Below, one piece after another: positions 39,823-52,335 of a stretch of DNA of 64,000 nucleotides. The notes under the pieces are model-generated. The model did not search any database. It was not told where the DNA came from and worked only from the letters and a program-made list of their open reading frames with translations. The stretch is taken from assembly GCF_006345805.1 (NCBI RefSeq), contig NC_042999.1:90830001-90894000 (forward strand), read 5' to 3'. The position numbers and the translations under genes were made by a program. Position 1 is the stretch's first letter; each line of letters opens with the position of its first letter. The DNA is from Octopus sinensis (taxonomy: Eukaryota).

Positions 39823-40649
39823 GAAGTTGACGGTTTGCAGTAGGAATAGTTTTTCTCTCTATGTGAAAGATAAGTTTACTTTCAAATAATGATAATCTAT
39901 TTACTAATGTGTTTCTGTGTTTATCGCTTGGCATTGAAAATTTTAAAAAACATTTAAACAACACGCATACTTAATCTTTAAAACAGTCAGAAATAAGATG
40001 AACATCCGTTAATTTCTGAAAGGATGAATAGACAAACATGACAATACTTAATAAATATTTGTCTCCCGGAAGAGAGAATTAATATGCATGCGGATGCACA
40101 CATTTGCCGAATATAATTTTCAATATTTTTTTCATTCTAAAAATTTGAAACACAATAAAAATTAATTCAATTTAATAAAAATATTTATAAAAAATTAATA
40201 ATTTATTTAACGAGAAATAAACAATAACACTGATATGATTACGCTAATAATTTATTTTCTGTTATTTAGATTATTGATTAAGTTGTAGCGAGAATATTAA
40301 GAAATGATTACCATTCAGATGCTGCTGGTATTTTGTAATCTAACATAAACTAAAGTGCAAGAGAGAATAATACTTTAGATGCTATTCTTTACTTCAAAAC
40401 CCAAAGTAGCTCATGGCTATTTTGACCACATTTCAATGCTCACCTTCAATATAAGAGTTTTCTTTTCCAACATTTACCACTACAAAGCCGAATAATTCTT
40501 TAAAAATGCGAATGTTACCTTGATCTCATGGTCTTTGAAAATAATAAAAGTAAAATATTGAATTTTATTTTGTTTTTGGATTGTTTTCAAAACATACATG
40601 TGGCATGTTTCAGTCTTAGGTATGATGGAATTTACAAATATAAAGCACT

Positions 40650-40975
40650 TCATGGCCTACCTCTCCGTCGATTACGACGAAGAGTATTCCAGTTGATGCG
40701 ATCAATTGAAAATCCAGCTAGTGAAATTTACGTGCATGCAGCTGAGCACCCCATAGATCTTCGTGTCCTTTGTGTAGTACTCAAGGAGATTCTGTATGAC
40801 ACAGACTATGACAAAGCTGGCCCTTTGAATTACATGTATAACTCATTTTTGCCAGCTGAGTAAACTGGAACAAAGATAACTAAAATGTCTTGCTAAAGGA
40901 CGCAACGCATCTTAACCGGAATCGAACTCGCCTTGGGATCATGAGCCGAATACCCTAGCCATATGCCATGCACTT
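40650..40975 (-). mobile_element. Degenerate copy of the 14583-14964 SINE family
   Basis: Shared ctccgtcgattacgacga...gctgagcac...gacaaagctggccctttgaa. Confidence 0.75.
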
Positions 40976-41199
40976 TCAGGGAACTTTATAAAAATATTAA
41001 TATTACAAATATCACGATTGAAAAATATGACCCTCTCTAAAATTAATCATGTCCCACCAAAGGCAGTTGTGAAAGGCTAAGTGGACCGGAATGAAACTTG
41101 AACTAAGAACGTTAAGCCATAAATTATAAATATAAATATCTTAATAACTTCTCTCATTTATCATACAACTCACATACACACACACATAGTGTCTTCAAA

Positions 41200-41830
41200 G
41201 GGTGAACATCAGTTTGCATATCAATGCAACACTACAGTGTGAGATAAAAGGTATAAGGGGAGATCGCTTTTTAAATCTTCTTTATCCCCTTTCAGTGGAG
41301 CAGGATGGCATTTCACTCTTCCAACAATGGGCATAATATATTCCCTTCAGGTAGCAATTGAAGCATAGAATGAGGTGTTTCCACATCTGTTCACCGCCGC
41401 AGTGTGTGAACGAGCTTCGGTGATGATTTATGAATGCTGGTGTAAAGCATTTTGCATACTTTCTCCATCTCCCCTTTGTTTGTTACCGTGAGCCCATCCT
41501 TGATTTTAGGTGCCGCTGCCTCTCATCAATAGAGCATCAGCCCTGTCTTGCGTCTTTCTAAATTTGCCTTTTCCTCTGCAGCCTGCAACAGCTGCTTTAG
41601 TCTATGACTCTCGAAGTCATTTTTTAAATGTTGTCGGGAGTTGATCTTTCATGTTCCTCTTCACAGTATTCCGTTTCTTTAACATTTTCTACGTTTCCTT
41701 CGAGATTCTTCCGCCAAGCTCCTGCTGGCTGGCAGTTCTGGCTTTCCATTGCAACTTTTAATTTTCTGGAGCAGCAAATTGTAGTTCTCATCGACCTCTT
41801 TAAGATGACTTCATATATCCTTCTTGATAG
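41200..41830 (-). mobile_element. Decayed RTE-1-like LINE, EN-RT linker region
   Basis: Minus-strand KQLLQAAEEK...KDGLTVTNKGEMEKVCKMLYT...KGDKEDLK. Confidence 0.6.
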
Positions 41831-41854
41831 CTTCCTGTAAATGTTTCATATTAA

Positions 41855-42140
41855 AGGCTGGACTCTTCAGTAGCACCGTCCTACCTCCGCTCATATATGC
41901 AAGTGAGACGTGGGCTTCAACGAAGGGCATAGAATATCAACTGGTTATAACGCAAAGGGTCATGGAAAGATCCTAATTGAGCGCATTCGAAATTAGTTAA
42001 TTTAAGAATAGAGCGGATTGAACGCTGTGATCGCAGAGTACCGAAATCACAAATTACATTCGGATGGACATGTCACAAGGGTTACATACAAGATATGGGC
42101 CCGTGCAATTGCTGAGTAGTATCCAAGACATCGGAAAATT
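41855..42140 (+). mobile_element. Decayed RTE-1-like LINE 3' region
   Basis: Homologous to 33640-33940 (LFSSTVLPPLIYASETWAST...TQRVMERS). Confidence 0.7.
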
Positions 42141-42987
42141 CTACTTCTCGTAAAACTATTTAAGAAGTCTCTTAGATAGTTTTACAGTAATAGTCATAAT
42201 CCTATTTAGTTACGTATCCAAACTAAATGCTGTCAAGTTGGAATGATCAACCAAACGACAGACAGTAAAAATATGATTAACTTTACACACACTTGCACGG
42301 GGTACTTCAGAATCTTGGCCCAGCAGAAGTCGCCGAATTCTTGACCAAATACATGCTATATTTCGAAACACGCGCGCATACCCATTTATAGATATACGAG
42401 CTTCGTCAACCGAATCTCGCTTAGAAATTATTGGTTAAACAAAGGGTATGCTACAAGACGTTTGTGCAAGATGCCGGTCTATGGGATCGAACACATCATG
42501 ATGTTGCTGCGAAGCGTTCTTCTAAACCATACAAGTATGCCTGCGCCACATGAACACACCTGCTAAAAAATAACAACTCCGAAATTATTATTTAAATGAC
42601 ATAAAACATCTTCAACCAGGTGTGGAAACCGTCATATACTTACCTTTCTTCCTCGTTCTACGGCACACATAACCAGCAGGAATATATTTAATTTTAAATA
42701 TATATATGATTTATGATTCATGTGGTGGGTAGCTGAGAATTTCGTAATTTGCAGATTTTATCTCATAAAAATATATCATATTTCATTAATAGTTTCTTAA
42801 TTACTCGAGCTACAATAATTTCTAAGCATTTCTTTTGTTAGCTTCAGACTATGATTCTAACTTCTTTTATACAGAATCTCTTGAAATGTATCTGATTATT
42901 CTAATATATTTCATCAATACCTATTCATATTTACGGATATCTCTTAATCTGTTGATTTCTTTTTAGTCATTTTCTGTTATATGCGTC

Positions 42988-43076
<89 letters not shown>

Positions 43077-43989
43077 CATATAAATGTGTGTGTTTGTATG
43101 TGTGCGTAATTTTCTCTAGAAATTCTCTACTCCAATAACGGATACACCTGACATATCTTATTAACACGCAAACCATAATTATTATTCATTTGTGAGCCAC
43201 CAACTAAAGACATGAAAACATTGACAATCTATCTGTAACTTATTCATAGAGTTCATATGACTCTTTATTTTCCAACTTTCTGAAAAATGCTGTTTTACTC
43301 TATCATCTCACATTCTGCATTAATATGTTGTGAGTTCATTTTTTTCTCTGAAGTTATTAATATTAATAATGCAGGCAACTACTTCTGTTCCCGATATTTA
43401 TGTCACGCAGTGCTAAATATTCGTGCAAACTTAAAGATCTGTTCCAAATAGTATACCCTTCTACCTGTATCCATAACTGAATCTCTCATCCTCCATAGTG
43501 CGCTTGACCTCTTTCTCGTCAAAAAAACCAAGCAATCGCTCAACAGCAGTGGCGCAATTAATAGGGTATTAAGGAAAGCGACCGCTCCCATTGAGTACTT
43601 TTTAAAAACATTTGGCGTCTTCTCAACAATTTTTAAAACTCTTTAGTTTGCTTGTGCAGCAAAAGTCGAACCTCCTATTTTTTGGGGTGATTGCATGGCT
43701 TTGGGAGACTCTCTGGACTCATTACTTTATTTGATCAACCTCCTGTATTCTTGATCTGTCTCATGTTTCAATAACAATAACTCATATAGGTCTGACGTGA
43801 AAAAGATGAAACTCCATGGGCTTGGCGTGTTGAAGTTATGCCGTTAGGATTTGTTTTGGTTCTTCAGAAATCAGGAGCCAACAACGCATCAGAAAAGACT
43901 GAGCAGACAGTGTCCACGTCCAGCCCGCAGCTACTACTTCTGTGTAATGCCTTAATGGCAAATCCAATGAAATAAAGTAGCTTGCTTAC

Positions 43990-44088
43990 CAGCCACGCTC
44001 TGCCTGGCACCTTGGGCAAGTGTCGTCCACTATAGCCTCGGCCAACGAAAACTGGATTTGATAAACGGAAACTGAGAGAAACCGGCTG

Positions 44089-44160
<72 letters not shown>

Positions 44161-44325
44161 GCGTGTGTGTGTGTGTGTGTGTGTGCATGTGTATATGTAT
44201 ATGTTTGTGTGTCTGTGTTTCTCCCATCCATCACTGCTTGCCAACCAATTTTGGTGTTTTTACGTCCCCGCATCCTAGCGGTTCGGCAAAAGATGCCGAT
44301 AGAATAAGTACTAGGCTTACAAAGA
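43990..44325 (+). mobile_element. Octopus-type SINE with internal (TA)n/(TG)n
   Basis: ccttgggcaagtgtc..ctatagcc...gacggaaactg-like segment and ctagcggttcggcaaaag...gatagaataagtactaggcttacaaag. Confidence 0.75.
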
Positions 44326-44326
44326 A

Positions 44327-44489
44327 TATTTATTTTCAGTATTTACATTTGACGGATATTTGCCCTCATCTTGTTTGTTGTTAACACAAAGTTTCAGCTG
44401 ATATACCCTCCAGCCTTCATTAGGTGTCTTGGAGAAATCTCGAACCTGGGTTCTCATTCCTAAGGTAGTTTTTGATGGCGTTGCTGTTG

Positions 44490-44520
<31 letters not shown>

Positions 44521-44616
44521 ATTATTATTATTATTATTATTCAAGTCACTGTCTGGAATCGAACTCGGAATCTTGGGGTTAGTAATCCGCGCTTTTAACC
44601 ACTACGCCATATGCCC
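44327..44616 (-). mobile_element. tRNA-headed SINE-like element with (AAT)n spacer and hammerhead-bearing Penelope-like tail
   Basis: Minus: gggcatatggcgtagtggttaaaagcgc...gagttcgattcc (A/B boxes), then (AAT)n, then ACAC-CTAATGA-aGGCTG..CAGCT-GAAACTTT-GTGT at 44427-44384. Confidence 0.65.
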
Positions 44617-44789
44617 AGTCAATCTCCCAGACAGTAACGCACGAATTCATACAACTCAGATTAGTTACATACGCGTTTCCAGATTAAAGTAAAGTTATAT
44701 TTACTTACTTATTTCTCATCTTCAGTGCAGCATTTCAAGATATAAATTTGAGAGTGCTAGGATTTAATATGTAGGCGATCGGGCGCCAT

Positions 44790-45195
44790 CGCATAACTGA
44801 TATCCAACCAACACTTCCAAAAATATACAGCCGAACGTGAACACATGTTTACCCTCAATCCCCTATGGTAGTAGAAAAAGAACTTAGCTCCTATTTTTAA
44901 ATTCGGTGCGTGGCGAAGCAATTTGCTGACCCCTAATTATAATTGTGTTTATAATTATAGAATATTCGTATAATTTTACCTAAAAAGGTTATTTTAAGGT
45001 ACCGATCTACTTGGTAAAAGCATTAATTGTTAATTTTACCCTTTTACTATTAATATTGAAATTATAATTTACTCCCTGATCGAAAACTGCAGTTTCTGCG
45101 GGATTGCTCGTAACACACACGTGGAGATTGAGGATAAATATGTGTTCAGATTCGGCTGTATTTTTTGGAAGTGTTGGTTGGATATCAGTTATGTG
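44790..45195. mobile_element. MITE-like element with ~75-bp terminal inverted repeats
   Basis: cataactgatatccaaccaacacttccaaaaa.atacagccgaa / ttcggctgtattttttggaagtgttggttggatatcagttatg. Confidence 0.75.
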
Positions 45196-45609
45196 AGCGC
45201 AAAATGGGCGTATAGTTGGTTAATTTCTGTGAGATTGCAATTTCATTCTCCATGGCATAGAATTCAAGAACATGGCACTTCAAATTAAAATTACCACACA
45301 ATTATGGATTGGATGCCAGAATTTATCCTTCTCTGTTTGCAATATTACATTAAATTCCAATCGTCATGCTGTTTAATTAATCATATCTGCAACTGAAAAT
45401 AATGAGTTTATTGTTTCACATGTTTGCTTGCTCCTAACATATTGACATTGGATTCTTTACTTAGTAATTTTTATTAACTCAATTTTACAATTTAGTTGTA
45501 ACAAACACACTCACACACACTCAAACACACTCATATACACAAGCAATCCAACACACTCACACACATACACTCAAACGCACTCACACACACACACACATAG
45601 ACACACATA

Positions 45610-45990
45610 CACATATTCTTTTACTTGTTTCAGTAATTTGTCTGCAGCCATTAGTCGAACAACACGCCCCCGCGACTTATGCTTTGTAAGCCTAGTACTT
45701 ATCCTATCGTTATTTACTGCCGAACCGCGTAGTTAAGGGGACGTAAACACACAAACATCGGTTGTCAAGAGATGGTGGGAGGACAAGCACACACATACAC
45801 AAATATATATATATATATATGATGGGCTTCTTTCAGTTTCCGTCTACCAAATCCACTTACAAGGCTTTGCTCGGCCCGAGGCTATAGTAGATTACACTAT
45901 CCCAAGGTACTACGCAGTGGGACAGAACCCGGAACTATGTGGTTGGGAAGCAAGCTTCTTACAACGCAGCCACGCTGCGCCAATAGCTTC
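45610..45990 (-). mobile_element. Octopus-type SINE
   Basis: gccgaaccgc..taaggggacgtaaacac...cggttgtcaag...cagtttccgtctaccaaatccac...ggttgggaagcaagcttctt. Confidence 0.8.
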
Positions 45991-46069
45991 TTACCACACA
46001 GCCACGTAAGTTTAAAAAAAACAGTAAGATTAGTAATTGACGACACATTCACACACATAAGCACACGTA

Positions 46070-47740
46070 TACATAGTTCGTCCGTCGCTGTCGTTGACGA
46101 TGACAAAGAACATAAAATAAAAGAGTAAGACAAGCCACGTTGTATCCGGCTATGACCGATGAGTTCGCAGCGTATTCTGAAGGCCCTATCACAGATCGGG
46201 CTCTGGTGGTCTACTGGGACTGAACGTGAGGAATTAGCTCTTGACTTGCGCAGTTCACATTGTCTTTGTGCTCCTGCAATCTTGTTCTCTACGCAGGAAC
46301 AGTCTTTCGCTTGCGTTTCCCAGGTGTAGATATTGATTTCAAAGCTCCGCAGTCTGGCTTTAAGCGTATCCATGAAGCGCTGTTACTGTCCATCTTGTAT
46401 GCGCTTACCTTCCTCTAGTTCGCTGTAAAACGGACTCTTAGGATGTTGTGTGTGCACCTGACTTGTGCATTTCTCAACTGTATGTAAATACTTGTCTGGA
46501 TCAGCTCAAGAGAGGAACACTGTGTCCAGGACCTTGCCTTACCAGATAATTTTCAATAGTTTTCTCATTGATTTCTTGTGGAAGAAGCTTAGCGTGATGT
46601 TCGCAAATCGTCCATGTCTCACAAGCGTACAGTTCCGTAGGTAGCATAACTGCTTTGTACACCTTCAGCTTGATGGTCAGTCTTATACTTCTTCCCTCCA
46701 ACACCAATTCACGTAGTCGTCCGAATGCTGAGCTTCCTTTGGCGATGCGTGTGTAGACTTCATCGTCAATGTTCACAAATCTGGAGAGTGTACTGTCGAG
46801 GTACGGGAATTTATAAACAATATTCAGGGTTTCCTCTTCGTCAGTGGTAGTTGGTTCCACATATGGTTTCTGAGAGCAGGTTGGTGCATGACCTCTGCCT
46901 TTTGAGTACTGACTGTGAGGCCAAAGTTGCTGCAAGCAGTGGGAAAATAGTTCATGCTCTGTTGCAGCATGGTCTCTGTCGCGGCGCACACTCGTCTGCG
47001 AACAAGAAGTCACGCACTTAGTCCTCTTCCAACACGGTCTTGAATTGTAGATTTTGCAGGTTGAAGAGTTTGCTATAAGTTCTGAATATGATATTCATAC
47101 TGGTTTTGTCGTTGTTGTAGAAGGCATCTGACAGCACGGGTGAGAACATGCTGAACAACAAAGGTGCGACTACACAGCCTTCCTTGATTCCGTTAAGACT
47201 GGGAAAGCTTCGGAATAATCTCCGCGGTCCAGTACTCGAGCAAGCATGCCGTCATGGTACTGTCGCATAATGTTGATAAGTTTGCCCAGTCAGCCTGTCG
47301 AATTTTCTCACGATCTCCCAGAGCCCCTCACTACTGAGGATGTCAAAGGTCTTGGTTAAATCTACAAACATCATGTACCTGATCTGTTCCTGACACATCT
47401 GAGGTTTGTGTGCTGCATAGTTCATGACAACTGTCCCAAGGCCATATCTGAATCCACACCGAATCTCTGGGAGAGACCCATCTTCAACGTCCCGTGTTAA
47501 TCAGATAAGGACATCGCTTGCGAGCTTCATTTCCGCGATAACAAGGAGATACATTCTTCGGTGGTTGTCATAAGCCTGCCTGTTTCCCTTTCTCTTACAG
47601 AGATGGACAATAAAAGCGTCCTTGACCTCTTGAGGAACGACTTCCTGTGGAAACATGATCGGAAAGAAATTGGGGAGCTTCTGTTTCAAGACTGGTCCGT
47701 GACAATATTCTCCGTGACAAAACGCAGTGAGTAGCTTGTT
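46070..47740 (-). mobile_element. Decayed RTE-BovB-like LINE (RT through single C-terminal C2H2 finger)
   Basis: KDAFIVHLCKRKGNRQ.YDNHR; VFVDLTKTFD; FPYLDSTLS...IDDEVYTRIAKGSSAFGRL...KLKVYKAVMLPT..YACETW; CDRAFRIRCELIGH. Confidence 0.88.
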
Positions 47741-48087
47741 CTCCAGTTTGAATGTGCATCAAGCATATTCGGATTGATAATAACATTAGAATTAGTAGCG
47801 GTTTATTCTTTCTGTTGAGGAAGTTATACTTTCTGGTGCACAAGAAGAATATCACATCAAAAGACAGAGAATTATAAATATTAATTTATATTTGTTGCAA
47901 ACCATTGTAATCAAAAGGACTTAACTTTTATTTAAGCTAGGAATCGAATGAAATATATTAAAAGTAAGAAAAAAACCCAGTTTAATTGTAAAAGTCAATA
48001 AATCGTTGGATAAAAAAGTAGAGTTGACCAAAGCTCATCACTCGATATATCATTTCGAATTTGTGAGAAACAATTCAGTAATTATGG

Positions 48088-48375
48088 GTCAGGCGTGTCT
48101 GTGTGGTAAGAAGTTTGCTTCCCAACCAAATGGTCCCGGGTTCAGTCTCACTGCGTGGCACTTTGGGCTAGTGTCTTCTACTATAGCCCCAGCCCGACCA
48201 AAGCCTGTGTCGGTGTGTTTACGTCCCGTTACTTGGCAGGTCGGCAAAAGCGAACAGCAGAATAAATACTAGGCCTTTGAAAAGTGGGACCTGAGGATTA
48301 TTCGTTTGACTAAAACCCTTCACAGCGGAGCTCCAGCATGGCCGCACTCAGTTGACTGAAACAAGTAAAAGAATA
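48088..48375 (+). mobile_element. Octopus-type SINE, near full length with internal deletion
   Basis: Head ggcgtgtctgtgtggtaagaagtttgcttcccaacc...gggttcagtc and tail ctccagcatggccgca...gactgaaacaagtaaaagaat. Confidence 0.8.
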
Positions 48376-49668
48376 TGAGAATGGGAATGTAATTTCTGAA
48401 AAATAGATTTCATTGATATGTATACGCAGAAAAAACTGAGTTACTAAAAAATAGCATTTATAATCCTTTCCATAATATTCATGTATGTTATGTATTTCGA
48501 TTAGAATTCAAAATCTAAATAATATTCTGAGCTAAATGACAATTTTAAATAATACCATAACTGTTATATATTTCTAATTGCCTATATGAATCTGGAAATT
48601 ACGAACATCTGATCGCAAAAAGTTCCATTGAAATCAGTGTAGATTGCCAAAGCAATCATAAAATATATTTAACTGCAGATTAATTTGAATAAATGTAAAA
48701 ATATATGTTATACTAGATTTCGAATGTAAGGATATAATATGACAGCCTATGTACACTAACGACAATTAGATTTAAGGGGAACAATATAAATCTATTAAAA
48801 ACGCGATGATATTAATCTAAAATTTTAGAGGTTAAATGTATGATAATAAAAAAAATGGGACTATATTAACAGTAAAAGCTAAGTTGGCTAGGTGCCCTCA
48901 AGATATTTATATGAATACAAAATTGAGTGAAATTACACACACACGCACATATATATACACACACACATATAAATACAGATATACAGATAAATAGAGAGAC
49001 ATATAATACATACACATATTTATGTATGTGTATATGTGTCTCTCTCTTCCTCTCCCCCCTCTCTCTCTCTTACTATATATACATACATATATTATCTCAC
49101 ACCTGAGTATCGTCCATTTTTCTTTTCCTCACATGACCATGATTGTTTTCCTGCACGGACATTCAAAGGACTGGACATTTTGTTTTTTCCTTCTCTTTTT
49201 TTCTTTGTTTGTTTAATTTTGTCTTTCTTGCCGTACACGTTCACTATTTTCTTACAAAGGGGTCTAATGATTTTAGATTAGACTTTTTTGGGGCAGCCAG
49301 AACGAACCATCTCAAGTGTAATTGTGCGAAATGGTCGTCACTTATCGCACTTCATTGAAGAAACAGATCCAAGAATGACCCGTCTTTTTTGCCTGACGTT
49401 CTAATTATTGTTTCTCTTGTCTGCCTTTGAGCCGTTTATCTGACCGAATGTTTTAATGCCCTCTATTGCGTTTTTCTTCTATTTATATATATATATATAT
49501 ATATATACCAATTAAGGACTGAACACGAAAAGGTGGACAGTCAACATGCTAGATATAGACGTCAAATCGCCATTCTCCACAAGGATTATGTTCTCAAATA
49601 AAAATAAAATTCAGCACGACCTAAAGCAATGGATGAGACAAAAGAAATATACTAAATGGAATAATTAC

Positions 49669-49728
49669 CTACGTACTGCAGTTTCAGCTATTAATATCAC
49701 AAGGATATCTGTAGCTTCATCAGCGTAG
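49669..49728 (-). ncRNA. Minimal type I hammerhead ribozyme with intact catalytic core
   Basis: Minus: CTACG-CTGATGA-AGCTA(cagatatccttgtgatattaa)TAGCT-GAAA-C-TGCA-G-TA-CGTAG; stems I and II have 5 perfect pairs each, stem III is the palindrome ACTGCAGT, cleavage triplet GUA. Confidence 0.85.
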
Positions 49729-50445
49729 TTTGTTATGAGCATAATATGCTGTACTAGATGAAAAACGGTACCGGAGTCCCGCATGCAAAAAGTACACCTA
49801 TTACGTTCGGATGTATCTTTCGAATGCCTCTACTTTTGGCGCGCTGATAATCGAAAAACTAGCCTGCAGCCAATAATTAGCAGCAGTCAATTTATCGGTT
49901 TGAGAACATATATTTCATATTTAAAAATTAAGGGTAGAAATGGGGGAGTAAATCCCTATGCATATACACAAAAGTATGCATATATGCATATGCACAGACA
50001 CAGGTATAACAGGTAGATTCGTTCCCGCACACACGCAAAACAGACCTACATATTCTAAATAAAAAATTAAGAGGCAAATAAAAGAATTTTGGGCAAAGAA
50101 AAATTTTTTAGAAGGGATAAGAACAAAAGTAAAAACAAAAATAAAAAATAAAGGGAAAATGGAAATTAAAAATTTGAAAAAAATGAAATAATAATGAAAT
50201 ACAAAAATAAAATAGGGGACATTAAATTGAGCACAATTGATCCCTAAGTCACTAAAGATTCAACCCCCCAACCCCTTCCCTCTCTAGCTCAACACCCAAA
50301 CTTCCTCATTCTACATCAAGTCAAAAGCGGGATGGACGCTTCGATTTCGTGTTGGTGCCCCACTCTGTCGTACGCGACTATGAGGATTTGCTTCCCCAAC
50401 GTAAAACTTATAATGTAATATATGTCCTTGAAGTAGTAATTGTAC

Positions 50446-50533
50446 GCGGCTGAAGAAGGCCATAGACACACATTTACATCAATTATGCATTGTTATAAAA
50501 CCGTCTAATAAAGGCCCGAAACATATGCACCGC
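50446..50533 (+). ncRNA. Degenerate type I hammerhead motif (Penelope-like terminal)
   Basis: GCGG-CTGAAGA-aGGCC...GGCCc-GAAACATATGCA-CCGC; U16.1 is replaced by C (GCA instead of GUA), so it is probably inactive. Confidence 0.6.
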
Positions 50534-50813
50534 CAAATCCTTTGGATCATGTTTTTATTTTGATTAATATACTCTATCACCTACACCACTAAATGGTATA
50601 TACAGGTGCTTACAACTATCAAGCCTTCACCCTGAATTTTTGTACCCAACTTATATATATATATTATATATATATATAATATATATATTGTATAGAGGGC
50701 ATTATTACACATAAATGCCTCACACTAGGAGGGACAAAGTCATTACTACCAAAAATTATACTAATCATACCCAAATGCAGTTTTTCAAAGCAAGACATTT
50801 AAAAATGAATTAT

Positions 50814-50870
50814 GTCTGTATCACCGTGATTTCACATATAACTTGCGTCTAATGATCGTCAGCAGAGAAC
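50814..50870 (-). ncRNA. Type I hammerhead, array copy 1 (two small indels shorten stem I)
   Basis: Core CTGACGA/GAAA/ATA identical to the other copies; stem I reduced to TCTG/CAGA. Confidence 0.7.
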
Positions 50871-51294
50871 TGATTCTGAATACATCATAAATAAACTACC
50901 AACCTTACGTAGCGGAGACGAACAGACAACTGCTCACTCCGGCCAAGCACATGGAATGTTTATAAATCATATATCCGGTAAATGGCGGGCTTTTTACGAA
51001 CTGCATGTCGGGTAATGAAAAGTATTTCGGAATAAGTTTAACAATTAAGGATAATCTCTTAATAAGGGATCTTAACAAGAAATTATCGGGTAGCTAGCGT
51101 GAAAACCTCATAAAAGAAAAGAATCCGAAAATAATTTTTTTCTTTTGAACAAATTAATTATATCTATATTGTATAGAGGGCATTATTACACATAAATGCC
51201 TCACACTAGGAGGGACAAAGTCATTACTACCAAAAATTATACTAATCATACCCAAATGCAGTTTTTCAAAGCAAGACATTTAAAAATGAATTAT

Positions 51295-51350
51295 GTTCTG
51301 TATCACCGTGATTTCACATATAACTTGCGTCTAATGATCGTCAGCAGAAC
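51295..51350 (-). ncRNA. Type I hammerhead, array copy 2
   Basis: Minus: GTTCTG-CTGACGA-tcattagacgcaagttatatgt-GAAA-TCACGGTGA-TA-CAGAAC. Confidence 0.8.
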
Positions 51351-51771
51351 TGATTCTGAATACATCATAAATAAACTACCAACCTTACGTAGCGGAGACG
51401 AACAGACAACTGCTCACTCCGGCCAAGCACATGGAATGTTTATAAATCATATATCCGGTAAATGGCGGGCTTTTTACGAACTGCATGTGGTAATGAAAAG
51501 TATTTCGGAATAAGTTTAACAATTAAGGATAATCTCTTAATAAGGGATCTTAACAAGAAATTATCGGGTAGCTAGCGTGAAAACCTCATAAAAGAAAAGA
51601 ATCCGAAAATAATTTTTTTCTTTTGACACAATTAATTAATCTATATTGTATAGAGGGCATTATTACACATAAATGCCTCACACTAGGAGGGACAAAGTCA
51701 TTACTACCAAAAATTATACTAATCATACCCAAATGCAGTTTTTCAAAGCAAGACATTTAAAAATGAATTAT

Positions 51772-51827
51772 GTTCTGTATCACCGTGATTTCACATATAA
51801 CTTGCGTCTAATGATCGTCAGCAGAAC
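51772..51827 (-). ncRNA. Type I hammerhead, array copy 3
   Basis: Identical 56-nt motif, 477 bp from copy 2. Confidence 0.8.
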
Positions 51828-52279
51828 TGATTCTGAATACATCATAAATAAACTACCAACCTTACGTAGCGGAGACGAACAGACAACTGCTCACTCCGGC
51901 CAAGCACATGGAATGTTTAATTTTTGGTAGTAATGACTTTGTCCCTCCTAGTGTGAGGCATTTATGTGTAATAATGCCCTCTATACAATATAGATATAAT
52001 TAATTTGTTCAAAAGAAAAAAATTATTTTCGGATTCTTTTCTTTTATGAGGTTTTCACGCTAGCTACCCGATAATTTCTTGTTAAGATCCCTTATTAGAG
52101 ATTATCCTTAATTGTTAACTTATTCCGAAATACTTTTCATTACCCGACATGCAGTTCGTAAAAAGCCCGCCATTTACCGATATATGATTTATAAACATTC
52201 CATGTGCTTGGCCGGAGTGAGCAGTGTTGTTCGTCTCCGCTACGTAAGTGGTAGTTTATTTATGATGTATTCAGAATCA

Positions 52280-52335
52280 GTTCTGCTGACGATCATTAGA
52301 CGCAAGTTATATGTGAAATCACGGTGATACAGAAC
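52280..52335 (+). ncRNA. Type I hammerhead, inverted array copy
   Basis: Same 56-nt motif read directly on the plus strand; predicted cleavage after A52329. Confidence 0.8.

Noticed and set aside
51196-51513. 105-aa ORF MPHTRRDKV... repeated in the 477-bp monomer
   Set aside because: It is antisense to the ribozyme, broken by indels in other copies, and has no recognisable domain; likely incidental
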